A stretch of DNA of 64,000 nt. It comes from Octopus bimaculoides (taxonomy: Eukaryota). The DNA is taken from assembly GCF_001194135.2 (NCBI RefSeq), contig NC_069002.1:33454759-33518758 (forward strand), read 5' to 3'. The notes beneath the pieces were generated by a model. It did not search any database. It worked only from the letters and a program-made list of their open reading frames with translations, and was not told where the DNA came from. The position numbers were made by a program, and so were the translations under genes. Shown in pieces: positions 38,143-51,244 of this stretch; positions within the stretch are counted from its first letter, which is position 1; every line of letters starts with the position of its first letter.

Positions 38143-39109
38143 TATGTATGTACGTATTTGTGCATCTGCTTACCATTAACAGAGCTCTAAATACACTAAA
38201 CGAAGTTGTGAAAAGCTATACAAACCTACCCGTGAACAAAACCATTTAATGCATATTCTAACGAAGGCACGTAATTGGAAACGTCGGAGTCACTGTTACC
38301 CTTATCGTAATAAATGTTAATAAAATTGCAATCTATTCAAAATATTTAACATTCTATCGGTTTAATGCTAAGTTGTTTCAATACACACGCGCACATACAC
38401 TCAATTATATGTGTGTGAGCGCTTGTATGTGCATGTGTAAATGTTTGAATGTTTATATGAAGACTTGTAGTAATATATATCCATATGTTTATATTTATAT
38501 GTTTATAAAACTCTATATGGGTGTGCGTGCGTGTGTGTATGTACGTATGTGCGACTGGATAAAGCAATATAACATCATTATGCTTCTAATATGGTGGAAT
38601 CCCATTGGCTGATATTTTGTAATAAAGAAACAACGTATGTAAGAAGACAATAGATATTTTCGACGTGTCAAAATTGCTTAATACAGTCTTAGATAATGTA
38701 GAACTCAGATGCGTGCATATTTAAAATCAGCACCTGATCAATTGAACTAGTCTTCATACATTGCAAGAAACTAAGAATGGAATTATTTAAAGTGAGAATG
38801 TGTTAGTAAAATTGCTGAAAAGGTCGTACCTCCATTGGCAACTGGACATATATGGGCATTGCTTAAGAAATTTATGTCTAAATTTTCAGAGACGATTACA
38901 TGTTTGTCTTTTGAAATCACTTTTCAAAATTAACAACTGCAGAAACATATACGTATCTATGGATATGGACATGAATGAGTTGTTTGTTTTATTTCTCTGT
39001 GCCTAGTAAGTGTTTAAACAGTAACATTTCTAGTGAAGACACAAAAATACAAATAAAGATACGTACACCCACTGAGATATATTGATGGATAGAGATATAG
39101 GCAGATAGA

Positions 39110-39325
39110 TAGCGAGATCGATAGATAGATAGATAAACAGACAAATGGATATCTAGACAGCTAGCTAGTTAGCTAAATGGATAGATAGATAGATAGAGGG
39201 ATAGACAGATAGATAGAGAGATAGATAGAGGGATAGATAGATAGAGAGAGAGATAGATAGATAGAGGTATATATAGATAGATAGAGGGATAGATAGGTAG
39301 AGGGATAGATAGATAGATAGATATA
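39110..39325. repeat. (ATAG)n/(AG) tetranucleotide tract
   Basis: Direct reading. Explains the LSIYLS ORFs. Confidence 0.96.
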
Positions 39326-40103
39326 TATTCCACAGTAGTAAGTAGCAGCACGGGCCGAAACGAACGTGGTGCAATACAAACGTTGATACTAAATCTACTT
39401 CTTGGTTATTTAAGAAATAGTAATAATGATAATAATTATTATTATTGTATATACATATATTGGGCTTCTTTCACCTCTACTAATTCCATTTAAAAGGCTT
39501 TGTCAAAATGTAGCGCAAAGGAAGAAGTGAATACGTACTTCCCACATGTGTAAAATATAATTTTATTCAATCGCTTGTAAATGTAATAGAAAGGAGAGTA
39601 AAGCCTCTTTATTAGTATTACTAAGTATTACACTTTGGAAGCAATCGTGACAACTCCATTCTTATTTGACCTTTTTAGCGAAAACCAAGCCTTTGGCTGA
39701 TGTCATAACATCGGAAAAGACAAATAATATTAATGTTTTGTTTAAAAATTGTTTCGTGATACAGGGGTAAAATACGTACTGAAAAATATAATTAATCACT
39801 TTGTGTATTTCTGTATCATTAAATTTTTAGCTAACGGAATTTCCAGAGTTCACCAACATCCACCATCATATTAATATTTCATTAGCTTATTAGCATTAAT
39901 AGCATCTATTATTACCCTTCTGGATGTGAAAAGAATTGATTAAAAATTACGCTTGCTTGCAACCATACACCCACAACACCGTTGCCAAATTATCCCACGT
40001 CACNNNNNNNNNNNNNNNNNNNNNNNNNNNNNNNNNNNNNNNNNNNNNNNNNNNNNNNNNNNNNNNNNNNNNNNNNNNNNNNNNNNNNNNNNNNNNNNNN
40101 NNN

Positions 40104-40144
<41 letters not shown>

Positions 40145-41889
40145 CACTCACATTATAAACAAAAAGCAAAATCAACCCCGTCGGTACGCTGATGCAGAAC
40201 ATATAGAGTTATTCACCACACACATATATACATATATACATATATGCATGTACAGAAATAAATGTCAATACAATGCATAAACGTAAATGGATACATGCAT
40301 TAACATATAATCGCACACACAAACATACAGAGGAAGAACACTTGCACTCACACACAGAAAAGACGACCATACATACACAAATCAAATAAACGAGAACAAG
40401 CTATATGTTAACGAAATTTATTGATTTAGTTCAGTGAAGTATAACCGTAAATAGTTTTATATGGATTATATTCCGCTGTTTCGGGTTATTTATTCCTTGT
40501 GTGAGTATTCTAATCCATTCCTCATTAGAATTCCTGAAGGATTAAGGAAACTACTTCGAATATTATTTGATCAACCATCGACTAAAAATATTATTGTTAT
40601 TGCAATATATCAATTAATTTACGCATTAACTAGTGTCAGAAATAAAGAAATAAAATAAAACGAAATTGAAGCAAACGAACAATTTTACAATTCTTGCTTT
40701 ATACCATGGGAAAATTTATAAAATTCCGTGTTTGTGGAAGCGATAAATAAATGAAATATTGAAATAGTTCATGATTGTATTAAAATTATAATTGAATGTT
40801 GTAATTGTGTTTGTATGTGACGATGTTGTTAGTAATTTTTCAACAAACTTAAACTAACCTGTTATTTTATTCCTGCACATCTAACTGGCATCGTGTTAAG
40901 CGGGGAGTGTTGTCTGCCCGATAAGACAGGAGGGTTGCATACTTCTAGGTCTAAAACAATTCGAGGAGTCGTATTGGTATTGTAAGCAACGGTTTATAGC
41001 ATACTCCAATAGTCAGGGCGTTAGAGTGATACAATTGAACATGGTTATAGCTATATATATCAAAATATGCAAGGTATGCGTAGGTTAACGGACACAGAAA
41101 ATTTTCGGATCGGAAAACACCGCAGTGCTGAATTCCAGACTTGGAATTTTCAGCAGTCGTAAACATATGGATACTGAATTCCTTTTGGCTCATTGGCGAT
41201 TACCACCCTCTCCAGAATGAAAAGCTGTACTGCAGACTCTCAGCCTAATGATTTTTCATTTTTTTGTTTCCTTTTCCTTTCTCCGATTTCCACCCTTCCA
41301 CCTTTTACAACTACTCCCATCTCGCTTTTTTCCTTTTGGGAGGCACATCTTCCTGTTATGCCATGTAAACATAGTCTGATGATTGCGCAAAAGAACCAGA
41401 TGTATTCAAAATTCTGTCTGAGATGTTTTCATCACAAAAATATATATTATGTTTATTAAATATTATCTATACCATAGCAGATGGAGTACTCTTTTAATCT
41501 TACTACCAGGGAACAATACAGCCTACACCCACCCACACACACACACGTTTTGTCCCTATATATATGGACGAGTGAGTCAAATATTGTTTACCGCAGTCCT
41601 GACTACTTTCACATACTTGATCTTATATGAATTTTGTAAGCCGCTTCAAACAATCTATATATACATGCATGCATATATACATACATGTGTGTATGCCTGT
41701 GTGTGTATGTGTCTGAGTGTGTGTGTATCTCCATGTTATGTTATATTCTGCACACATACGGCAGAAATCGAAGGTAACCTAATTCTTTCAGGCAAAAGCA
41801 CCGAAGGGGGCATTTTAACGGAAGTTTATGTTAGACTTATAGCGTCAGCAATACATACACGTTTCACTCACAGTATATATATATATATA

Positions 41890-42580
41890 ATTTTATGAAT
41901 AATAATGTTCTCTTATATTTATTTATATAATTCTCATAGTTCGTTTGTTTCAATGGTGCTTGGTGACTCAAACGAATACAGGAATAACAGTAGTGAATCT
42001 TATTAACTGTTACTAGTACATCTGGGTTAAGAAAATCGCGTGCCTTCTGCGCTAAATTTGAAATCATGATATCAGATTAACTGACATTCCTTTTGCAGCC
42101 TCTGCGAAGGTAAGACAATTCTTATTCGCTTAAATTTTTTCGTATCATGCCTGTATTAATTTAGTAACCCTTGTGTGGCTTCGGATTGTTTTGACTCCAA
42201 TCTTTAAGCAAAGCAGTTGCATATTAGTACCCTATTATATATAAATATATTACTATACTTTACGTCTATTTATTAGCATTGCCTAAACGGCATTTATGCT
42301 TGCGGCCACTTCCGTTATCATATTTATCAATAATAATAATGTGCTTTTATATATATTCGTATACTTCACATACTTCGTTTGTTCCAATGATGCTTGGGCA
42401 CTCAAACGAACACAGGTATGATAGTAGTGAATCTTAGTAATTCTTACTCGTAGATTTGGCTGAGGAGAATCATGATATCAGATTAAGTGACGTTCTTACT
42501 GCAAATTTTGCAATTACTAACATCATTATTTTTATGCTTGCGGCAACTGACGCTGTTATTTTTATGAATAATAATGCTCT
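41890..42580. repeat. Local tandem duplication, unit about 435 bp, partial copies
   Basis: ttcgtttgtt.caatg.tgcttgg..actcaaacgaa.acagg..agtagtgaatctta at about 41940 and 42375; aatcatgatatcagattaa.tgac at 42062 and 42470; tttatgcttgcggc at 42294 and 42532. Confidence 0.9.
42099..42109 (+). other. Candidate 11-nt microexon CCTCTGCGAAG, copy 1
   Basis: ttaactgac branch-like motif, ttccttttgcAG acceptor, AAG|GTAAGA donor. Confidence 0.4.
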
Positions 42581-42651
<71 letters not shown>

Positions 42652-43445
42652 NNNNNNNNNNNNNNNNNNNNNNNNNNNNNNNNNNNNNNNNNNNNNNNNN
42701 NNNNNNNNNNNNNNNNNNNNNNNNNNNNNNNNNNNNNNNNNNNNNNNNNNNNNNNNNNNNNNNNNNNNNNNNNNNNNNNNNNNNNNNNNNNNNNNNNNNN
42801 NNNNNNNNNNNNNNNNNNNNNNNNNNNNNNNNNNNNNNNNNNNNNNNNNNNNNNNNNNNNNNNNNNNNNNNNNNNNNNNNNNNNNNNNNNNNNNNNNNNN
42901 NNNNNNNNNNNNNNNNNNNNNNNNNNNNNNNNNNNNNNNNNNNNNNNNNNNNNNNNNNNNNNNNNNNNNNNNNNNNNNNNNNNNNNNNNNNNNNNNNNNN
43001 NNNNNNNNNNNNNNNNNNNNNNNNNNNNNNNNNNNNNNNNNNNNNNNNNNNNNNNNNNNNNNNNNNNNNNNNNNNNNNNNNNNNNNNNNNNNNNNNNNNN
43101 NNNNNNNNNNNNNNNNNNNNNNNNNNNNNNNNNNNNNNNNNNNNNNNNNNNNNNNNNNNNNNNNNNNNNNNNNNNNNNNNNNNNNNNNNNNNNNNNNNNN
43201 NNNNNNNNNNNNNNNNNNNNNNNNNNNNNNNNNNNNNNNNNNNNNNNNNNNNNNNNNNNNNNNNNNNNNNNNNNNNNNNNNNNNNNNNNNNNNNNNNNNN
43301 NNATATATACACACTATACACACACAATATATATATATACATATATATATACACTATACACCCACAATATATATATATATATACACGATACACACGCAAT
43401 ATATATATATATATATATATACATATATATATACACGATACACAC

Positions 43446-43490
<45 letters not shown>

Positions 43491-44609
43491 CAGGTAAATG
43501 TGCTAGTATACTTTTGGCAGTATAGTTAGCAACATGAAATATAGCATATATACAATAATAGTAATTCAGCGTCCATTATTTTGCTTGGTGCTTACAAAGA
43601 TTGATGAAGTGGATACAAATTTTCCAAAGAAAAATAGTAATTAAGTTAAAGACTAATACATATTTCTGAATGAGAATTTAATTGATGTATATTTATGAAT
43701 GTATAATTAATCTTGTTTCACTTAATACGAACATTTCCATCTGTGACCAATTAGAATGTATATATTTTTACACATGATCATTCGTTTCCCTAAGATCTAA
43801 ACTATAGAACTGAAAGCTATATCATCGACGTCACTGAGCGACATTCTTAAGTACCAAAGATCCCGTCTTCTCCATCTCGAATAAGGACCCAGTACGTAAC
43901 AGCTTGGGTTTCTAATGTTCAACAGTTTGCGAAGTGTTTACAACTGTTCAACATTTTCTTGTTGAAGCTAAGAGATTTGCGAAGTATTGATGTAGAGGTT
44001 TTCGGAGCGAATTTTAGACTGATGCTATACCACCGCAGGAGGCACGAAGAAGAGGAGCAATGTTCAATTCGCTACTTCACAAAGAGCAGCGCAATAAAGA
44101 ATTCTAAGCACGCGAAAAGGCAGACCTCCAGTATGACCCCAGCCTCTGGCTGAAGGCATTAAATTAGTACAGAATACGTTTATATGTATGTTTTATATAT
44201 GCATGCGTGGACATGTGTGTGTGCGCGTGCAGATATATCCAAGTATTGACATCTTTGTTACTGCGTGCATACGTGTGTATGTCTGTGTGCATATCTATAC
44301 ATGTATCAAATATGTATGTAAATGGTTGTGTATATGTACATGTGTATGTGTGATCAAATCTTTAAAATCATGCATAAACGCTATTTGATGTGAAAATATC
44401 CAGTTGGGGGTGTTCAAGTGATAACATTTACATCTTATAAATTCAAGAAAACCAATGAAAATAAATCCCTGTATGAGTAGACCTGTAGAGAGGAATAATT
44501 GACCGAAAAAAGGTAATTAAGAAGAATAAAATCATGCAAGAAAAGTCTAATTTTAGACTGCGCTAAATTTGAAATCATGATATCAGATTAACTGACATTC
44601 ATTCTGCAG

Positions 44610-44620
44610 CCTCTGCGAAG
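44610..44620 (+). other. Candidate 11-nt microexon CCTCTGCGAAG, copy 2
   Basis: Same architecture inside an ~85-bp block (44558-44643) nearly identical to 42047-42130. Confidence 0.4.
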
Positions 44621-44699
44621 GTAAGACACAATTCTTATTCGCTAAAAAAAAAAAAACCTTGACTAAAAAAAAACAAAAAAAACATGGATTCTAGCGTAC

Positions 44700-44890
44700 A
44701 CAGTCTTTGCCGAACGACCTGCAAAAATCATTTTGGTTATGCTGTCCAAATGAATGTGCTGCACATAAGCTCACGCTCTCTATCAAGTCGACGTAGCCTG
44801 AACGGGTGCACAGTTTACCCCCACCCCCACGTGTCAAAGTGAACACGGAGCAACATTTAATTGAGTGATTTGCTCAAGAACACAATGAAT
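44700..44890 (-). mobile_element. SINE family F fragment
   Basis: gccgaacgacct..gtcgacgtagcctgaacgggtgcac..ggagcaacat..ttgctcaagaacacaatg is homologous to 34270-34460. Confidence 0.7.
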
Positions 44891-44921
44891 AATACCTAAA
44901 GAAATAATCTGTCTGTCAGTC

Positions 44922-45031
<110 letters not shown>

Positions 45032-45240
45032 TGCGCGCGCGTGTGTGTGTGTGTGTGTGTGCATGAATGTTTGCTTCTGTGCGAGTATATTTATACAGAT
45101 ATCTTTGTTTACTTTAGGGCCTCCTAATTAGGGTGCTATATTCACAATCGTGAGATCATGCTTTCGATTCCACGGACGAGTGGTGCATTGTATTCAACAC
45201 CTGGTGGGTGGTAAACTATACATACATCCATATATATATT

Positions 45241-45290
45241 TGAATTTTCATCGATGAGTTCATGAACCTTGGTTCTTTTCCATAAAACTA
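45241..45290. mobile_element. Solo arm of the MITE family seen at 59321-59550
   Basis: 44/50 identical to 59502-59551. Confidence 0.8.
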
Positions 45291-45517
45291 TATATATTTA
45301 TATGATTCTTTAAATGTGTCCGGTTTTAAAGCTGTTATGTTGAGGTGATGCGCGATACCACAATGTTCGACTGTTGTCAAATATTAGAAGCTCACACCAA
45401 ATCAGTATTAATCGCTAGTGTTGCGCCTTATAACTCAAGTCAAACCAACTAATGATATTTCGAAATCGTACGTATTAAATGATTTAAAACCTTAATTTAA
45501 TTTGACTTCATTATCTC

Positions 45518-45550
<33 letters not shown>

Positions 45551-46297
45551 TATATTGTGCACTTTGTGTGTGTGATTTTGAGGCGAAAATCGATCGGGAT
45601 CTTTACTCATAAACCGCACGTACAGCAAGATGTGAATGCTGTCTGTTCGCGCTTCAACATACTGGATAAGCACAGTTACCAAATACCTGAGCTGACTATT
45701 TAGTCACATTTTGTAAATGATATTTTCAGGAACTTGTCTGAAACAGTATTCTTCTGTCGTATAAGTGCATAGAATGTCTTAGACAAGCGTACATTTTTCA
45801 ATACATTATATTAAAGTACACTACGTTCAGTTCATGAAGTCGCCTTTGTACATTTTGTATTTCATGCAACTCTATTTTTTCAAATGTATATTACTTTTCT
45901 TTTCTGTATGTTATAATTTGCTGTTCTTCAACGCTGTTTCACTGTGATACTGTAAAGAATTTATTGACGAATATACATCTGGACAGCCTATTATACCTGC
46001 GACGCGTTTCTTATATAATTCAAGTTGATACTAGATAGCATTAGTCATGATTCTACATTCTTCATTGTTTGTTTAACCTAACATTTCCTGAAGGTACAAA
46101 TTAACACATACCATTATTATTAGTCAGCGTATATATATATATATATATATATATGAATCTATATGTATGTATGTATCTATCTATCTACATATCTATCAAT
46201 CTATCTACGTATCTATCAATCTATCTACGTATCTATCAATCTATCTACGTATCTATCAATCTATCTGCGTATATATCTATCTATCTGCGTATATATC

Positions 46298-46330
<33 letters not shown>

Positions 46331-47163
46331 TCATACACACATACATACACACACACACACACTTAGGAGTTTACATTTCTCATGCACACACATGTGAACA
46401 CAAACTTGCATGTATATNNNNNNNNNNNNNNNNNNNNNNNNNNNNNNNNNNNNNNNNNNNNNNNNNNNNNNNNNNNNNNNNNNNNNNNNNNNNNNNNNNN
46501 NNNNNNNNNNNNNNNNNNNNNNNNNNNNNNNNNNNNNNNNNNNNNNNNNNNNNNNNNNNNNNNNNNNNNNNNNNNNNNNNNNNNNNNNNNNNNNNNNNNN
46601 NNNNNNNNNNNNNNNNNNNNNNNNNNNNNNNNNNNNNNNNNNNNNNNNNNNNNNNNNNNNNNNNNNNNNNNNNNNNNNNNNNNNNNNNNNNNNNNNNNNN
46701 NNNNNNNNNNNNNNNNNNNNNNNNNNNNNNNNNNNNNNNNNNNNNNNNNNNNNNNNNNNNNNNNNNNNNNNNNNNNNNNNNNNNNNNNNNNNNNNNNNNN
46801 NNNNNNNNNNNNNNNNNNNNNNNNNNNNNNNNNNNNNNNNNNNNNNNNNNNNNNNNNNNNNNNNNNNNNNNNNNNNNNNNNNNNNNNNNNNNNNNNNNNN
46901 NNNNNNNNNNNNNNNNNNNNNNNNNNNNNNNNNNNNNNNNNNNNNNNNNNNNNNNNNNNNNNNNNNNNNNNNNNNNNNNNNNNNNNNNNNNNNNNNNNNN
47001 NNNNNNNNNNNNNNNNNNNNNNNNNNNNNNNNNNNNNNNNNNNNNNNNNNNNNNNNNNNNNNNNNNNNNNNNNNNNNNNNNNNNNNNNNNNNNNNNNNNN
47101 NNNNNNNNNNNNNNNNNNNNNNNNNNNNNNNNNNNNNNNNNNNNNNNNNNNNNNNNNNNNNNA

Positions 47164-47675
47164 TAACGTAAAGGCAGACGAAGGACTGTTAAGGATTTCG
47201 CCCGCCGTGCTAACGTTTCTTATTTCTTTATTGCCCACAAGAGGCTAAAGAGAGGGGACAAACAAGGACATATAAAGGGATTAAGTTGATTACATCGACT
47301 CCAGTGCGTAACTGGTACTTAGTTTATCGACCCCGAAAGGATGAAAGGCAAAGTCCACCTCGGTGGAATTTGAACACAGAACGTAAAGACAGACGAAATA
47401 CCGCTAAGTATTTCGCCCGGCGTTGCTAACGTTTCTGCCAGTTCGCCGCCTTAAATATTCTTTTCTATTCTAGGCACAAGACCCAAAATTGAAATTTTGG
47501 AGGAGGGGCCAGTCGAATAGATCGACCCAGTACGCAACTGATACTTAATTTATCGACCTCAAAAGGATGAAACGAAAAGTCGACCTCGGCGGAATTTGAA
47601 CGCAGAACGTAAAGGCACACAAAATACCGCTAAGCATTTCCCCCGGCGTGATAAATTTTCTGCCAGCTCGCCGCC
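47164..47675 (-). mobile_element. Head-to-tail array of three family C SINE units (47455-47675 tail type 1; 47220-47450 tail type 2; 47164-47219 partial, runs into gap)
   Basis: Minus-strand junctions agaaaagaatatttaa|ggcggcga and aataaagaaataa|gaaacgttagc. Confidence 0.92.
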
Positions 47676-47944
47676 TTACAATTAAAGAATATTAGGTGAT
47701 CAGTTCAAATTTTCCATTGAACAACGAAGTGAATTCTAGTACTAGGTTCATATGGGCATTGATTTATTTGTATTCGTTTTGGTTAATCTCTTATCAACTT
47801 TTCGTCCACTCAACCCAAGCATACGACTCGGCTTCCGGGTTGCGTAACAAAGAAAACTTGAAAAACTTAGATCTTCTCTCTCTCACTAACTGACAAATAC
47901 AAAAATACAGGTACACACATGCACATGTATCTTCACACACACAC

Positions 47945-47990
<46 letters not shown>

Positions 47991-48004
47991 CTTTTATCCT
48001 CCAA

Positions 48005-48310
48005 CTTTTGTTTTGCCGGTTTCAATCATTAGACTGCGGCCATGCTGTGGCATCGACCTGAATTTTCAGGGGAATGAACCGACGCCAGCATTTAGTTTTT
48101 TTAAGTTACGAGTATATAAACACACCAACACAGGTTGTCAAGTGGTGATGGGGGGGAGATAAACACACATATAGGTATATACATATATGTATACGACGGG
48201 CTTCTTTTAGATTCCATCTACCAAATCCACTCAAAAGTCTTTGGTCGGCATGAGGCTATAGTAGAAGACACTTGCACAACGTGTTACGCAGTGGGATGAA
48301 CCCGAACCAT
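48005..48310 (-). mobile_element. SINE family E, head truncated
   Basis: ttcaatcattagactgcggccatgctg...gacgggcttctttt..aaatccactcaaaagtctttggtcggc..gtagaagacacttgc is homologous to 30105-30473. Confidence 0.88.
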
Positions 48311-48547
48311 TTTTAAATGTCCCTCGAGTCAGTTCTATTGAACGAGTCCTTTAATTAAAGGCATTCGAGGTGTGATCATTTTTATAAGTTATGCAAAGTC
48401 TAGTTTAGACTCAAATTTGAATGATACTGTAGGCGTGTCAAATGCGTTAAGTATTTCTCATAGGAATGTGTAAAAATATTATCGACTCATCCCCTCCACC
48501 AAAACTACTTCCGTCGTGGCAAAATTTGAAACCATTAGCTATAATAA

Positions 48548-48596
<49 letters not shown>

Positions 48597-49361
48597 TATT
48601 TTTATCATCATTATCGCCCTCACCACTTTCCACTATATTTTTTGTTATTATACAAATGAAATTGCAACCAGTTTGACAGCAAAAACCAGCGGGATACACT
48701 TGAAAGCGCTTGGTAGTCTCGCACTCCACTTCAGTTAAATTTACAGATATACAAATACAGCAATAATAAATAAAATAAAATAAGATAAACGACCGCATCA
48801 GTCACTATTACATGAACTCAAATATGAACGAGAACAATAACAACAACAGCAGAATTAAATGATGCTACGGTGTATCAAACGTATAGCTTAAACAGAGCGA
48901 ATAAACTGGTTTTTCCCCAATAAAACTAACTGATGGTTTCATTGCAAGTTAAAAGTAAAATTTGAAACATATAAATAAATAAATGAATTAAAAAATAATT
49001 GAAGAATCAATGCTTTTGTGATTCTTGGACGGGTTCCAAGTTCAGGTTACAGAATATTAATGAATTGATAGGAATTAATTAATTTAGAGAAGATTCAAAA
49101 AAAAAAAAAAGCAAAGAGACATCTCGAGTTAGAAAAAATATTGAACAGCAGAATAATTTTCAGCATACGTATAGGATATACATATTTATATATGTATGCA
49201 TGTGCACATGTTTATATGTGTGTGTATAAAAACCCATATGTAGAAATGATAAACGAATACACAGATGTTCAGTTGTACTGGCGTATTCCTACATCATGTA
49301 GAATCCCCCCACATGTATATGCATAGATATGAACGTGTTAGTTTGTATATGTGTGTATATG

Positions 49362-49405
<44 letters not shown>

Positions 49406-50389
49406 GCCTGTGTGTGTTTGCGTGTGTCATATCCTCCCAACCCATTCGTAACATTCTCAATTCTCTACTCTTCCTCCTCTCACACATTGTGTAGATAAGC
49501 GTACCTCTATAATCATTCCATTTCCTTTCAATACTCTTCTCTTGTACATGATTTCTTGCACTATTGTCTCTTTTTGCTTAGTTTCCTGAACACTCCCTCA
49601 ACCCCACATTTCCTCTTTCTATCTTCTTTTTACCCCCCTCTATACATATTCATTCCTCTCTTAGTAGCTGACTTACAGCTCTGAACATACATATTCATCA
49701 TGAGTATTTCCGCGAACAGGTTTTCTATGTTGAAATGTTTTAACGGAGGAAGGTTTTACATAATGCATGCATTTCCAATTATTTATAACGCAGGCTTGAA
49801 ACGTACGCTCTAAATAATTTTAAAATATAACCACATCTTTTGACTTCTTTATTACAACATTGTTATGCTTGTATAACATTTTTACATACACAAACAAGCG
49901 CGCACACACACACTCACATATACACATACGCATAAGATTGAGCGTTCTGCACTGTCTGCTTGTACTAAATTCCTCATAATATAAATTAAGGTGGGAAATG
50001 TTTTCGTAAAGTACACTTTTCCCAAGGTCAATGATTTATGTTTGGCTTTCAGAGAGTAGTGCTTAAGAATATTGATAGATAAATGAAAAGTGCAAATGTA
50101 GGAGTGGACAGTTTTAATGGTTGTGGCTTTCCCATTGAAGTAGACCTAACGGAGGAAAATCTACGCTCTCATACGAGGTGTTAGATATCACAATGAGATT
50201 TTCTTCGAATCAGACACTTTATTGTAGTAAAGAAGGATCTGTGTGATAATCCGACCTTAACCGATAGATTCTTAGACAAATAATGGGTTCGTATTTTCTG
50301 TTATGTCTTCGATGTTAAAGCAGTTGCATCATGTTTGAAATGAAGGTTGATTGACATCAACATCAAGGGAAAATACATGTTTTCAGTAC

Positions 50390-50510
50390 AGCTGCGTTCG
50401 CCACTATCCCCTGCCGGAGCCTCGTGGAGCTTGAGGTGTTTTCGCTCAATAAACGCTCACAACACACGGTCTGGGAATCGAAACTGCGATCCTATGACCT
50501 CGAGTACCAC
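50390..50510 (-). mobile_element. SINE family A 5' fragment
   Basis: cccctgccggagcctcgtggagcttgaggtgttttcgctcaataaac...ggtctgggaatcgaaactgcgatcctatgacc. Confidence 0.88.
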
Positions 50511-50690
50511 ACAATGTATATGTACATTATTTGCAAGGACAGTGCTTCCATATTCAACACCTTTCTCCCAGTATGATATTGGGTGTTCATTAGCAATTGT
50601 GTACCTCATTTAATTGCCTACACATATAATTGCTTACATTTAATTGCCTACAGTGATTGATAATAAAATCCTTAAGTATTTGGTTCTAAC

Positions 50691-51244
50691 CAAATTCGGG
50701 ATCTCTTTTAAAACGGGGGCCACATTTTTCATTAACGAAACACTTTGAAACTTGGAACAATGGTAGAATGTGTCATATAAAACATCTTTTTCTCTTAGTC
50801 TTCTTAAAAAAAAAGAAATCCATAAGTTATTCCATGTTAAAGTTGTATTTCTGTAATTTCAACCAATCACCGATATACATTAAGTGCCGACTACATAAAC
50901 AATCGATTCTGAAACAATTAACCCTAACCGTAGGGTTAGGGTTAAAGCAAATTTAAAATGAAAAAAGCAAATAAAACGAAGGTATGGAGATTAAATACGC
51001 TTTACATCGCTTAATCAGCCAAAGGAGTAAATGTAAACAACTGAATACTTGTCAGTGATTGGTTGAAATTATCGAAATAAGACAATTTTTTTACATGAAA
51101 TAAATTCGAATACAAAAATATTTTTCTGATCTATAACACAAAATAGATAAGTATACGAAGTTTGAAAGTCTTTCCGTACCAAAAACACTTCGTAAAACAT
51201 TAACGAAAAATGTGGCCTCCGTTTTAAAATAGATCCCAAATTCG
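50691..51244. mobile_element. Foldback/MITE-like element with long imperfect inverted arms and a central telomere-like palindrome
   Basis: Arms about 50691-50870 and 51055-51244 (gggatct.ttttaaaacgg.ggccacatttttc.ttaa; taatttcaaccaatcac). Centre ttaaccctaaccgtagggttagggttaa at 50918-50945. Confidence 0.8.

Noticed and set aside
43800-44160. GC-richer segment with ORF 43959..44153 and an IPPQEARRRG motif faintly like a LINE C-terminus
   Set aside because: Similarity is too weak to assign.
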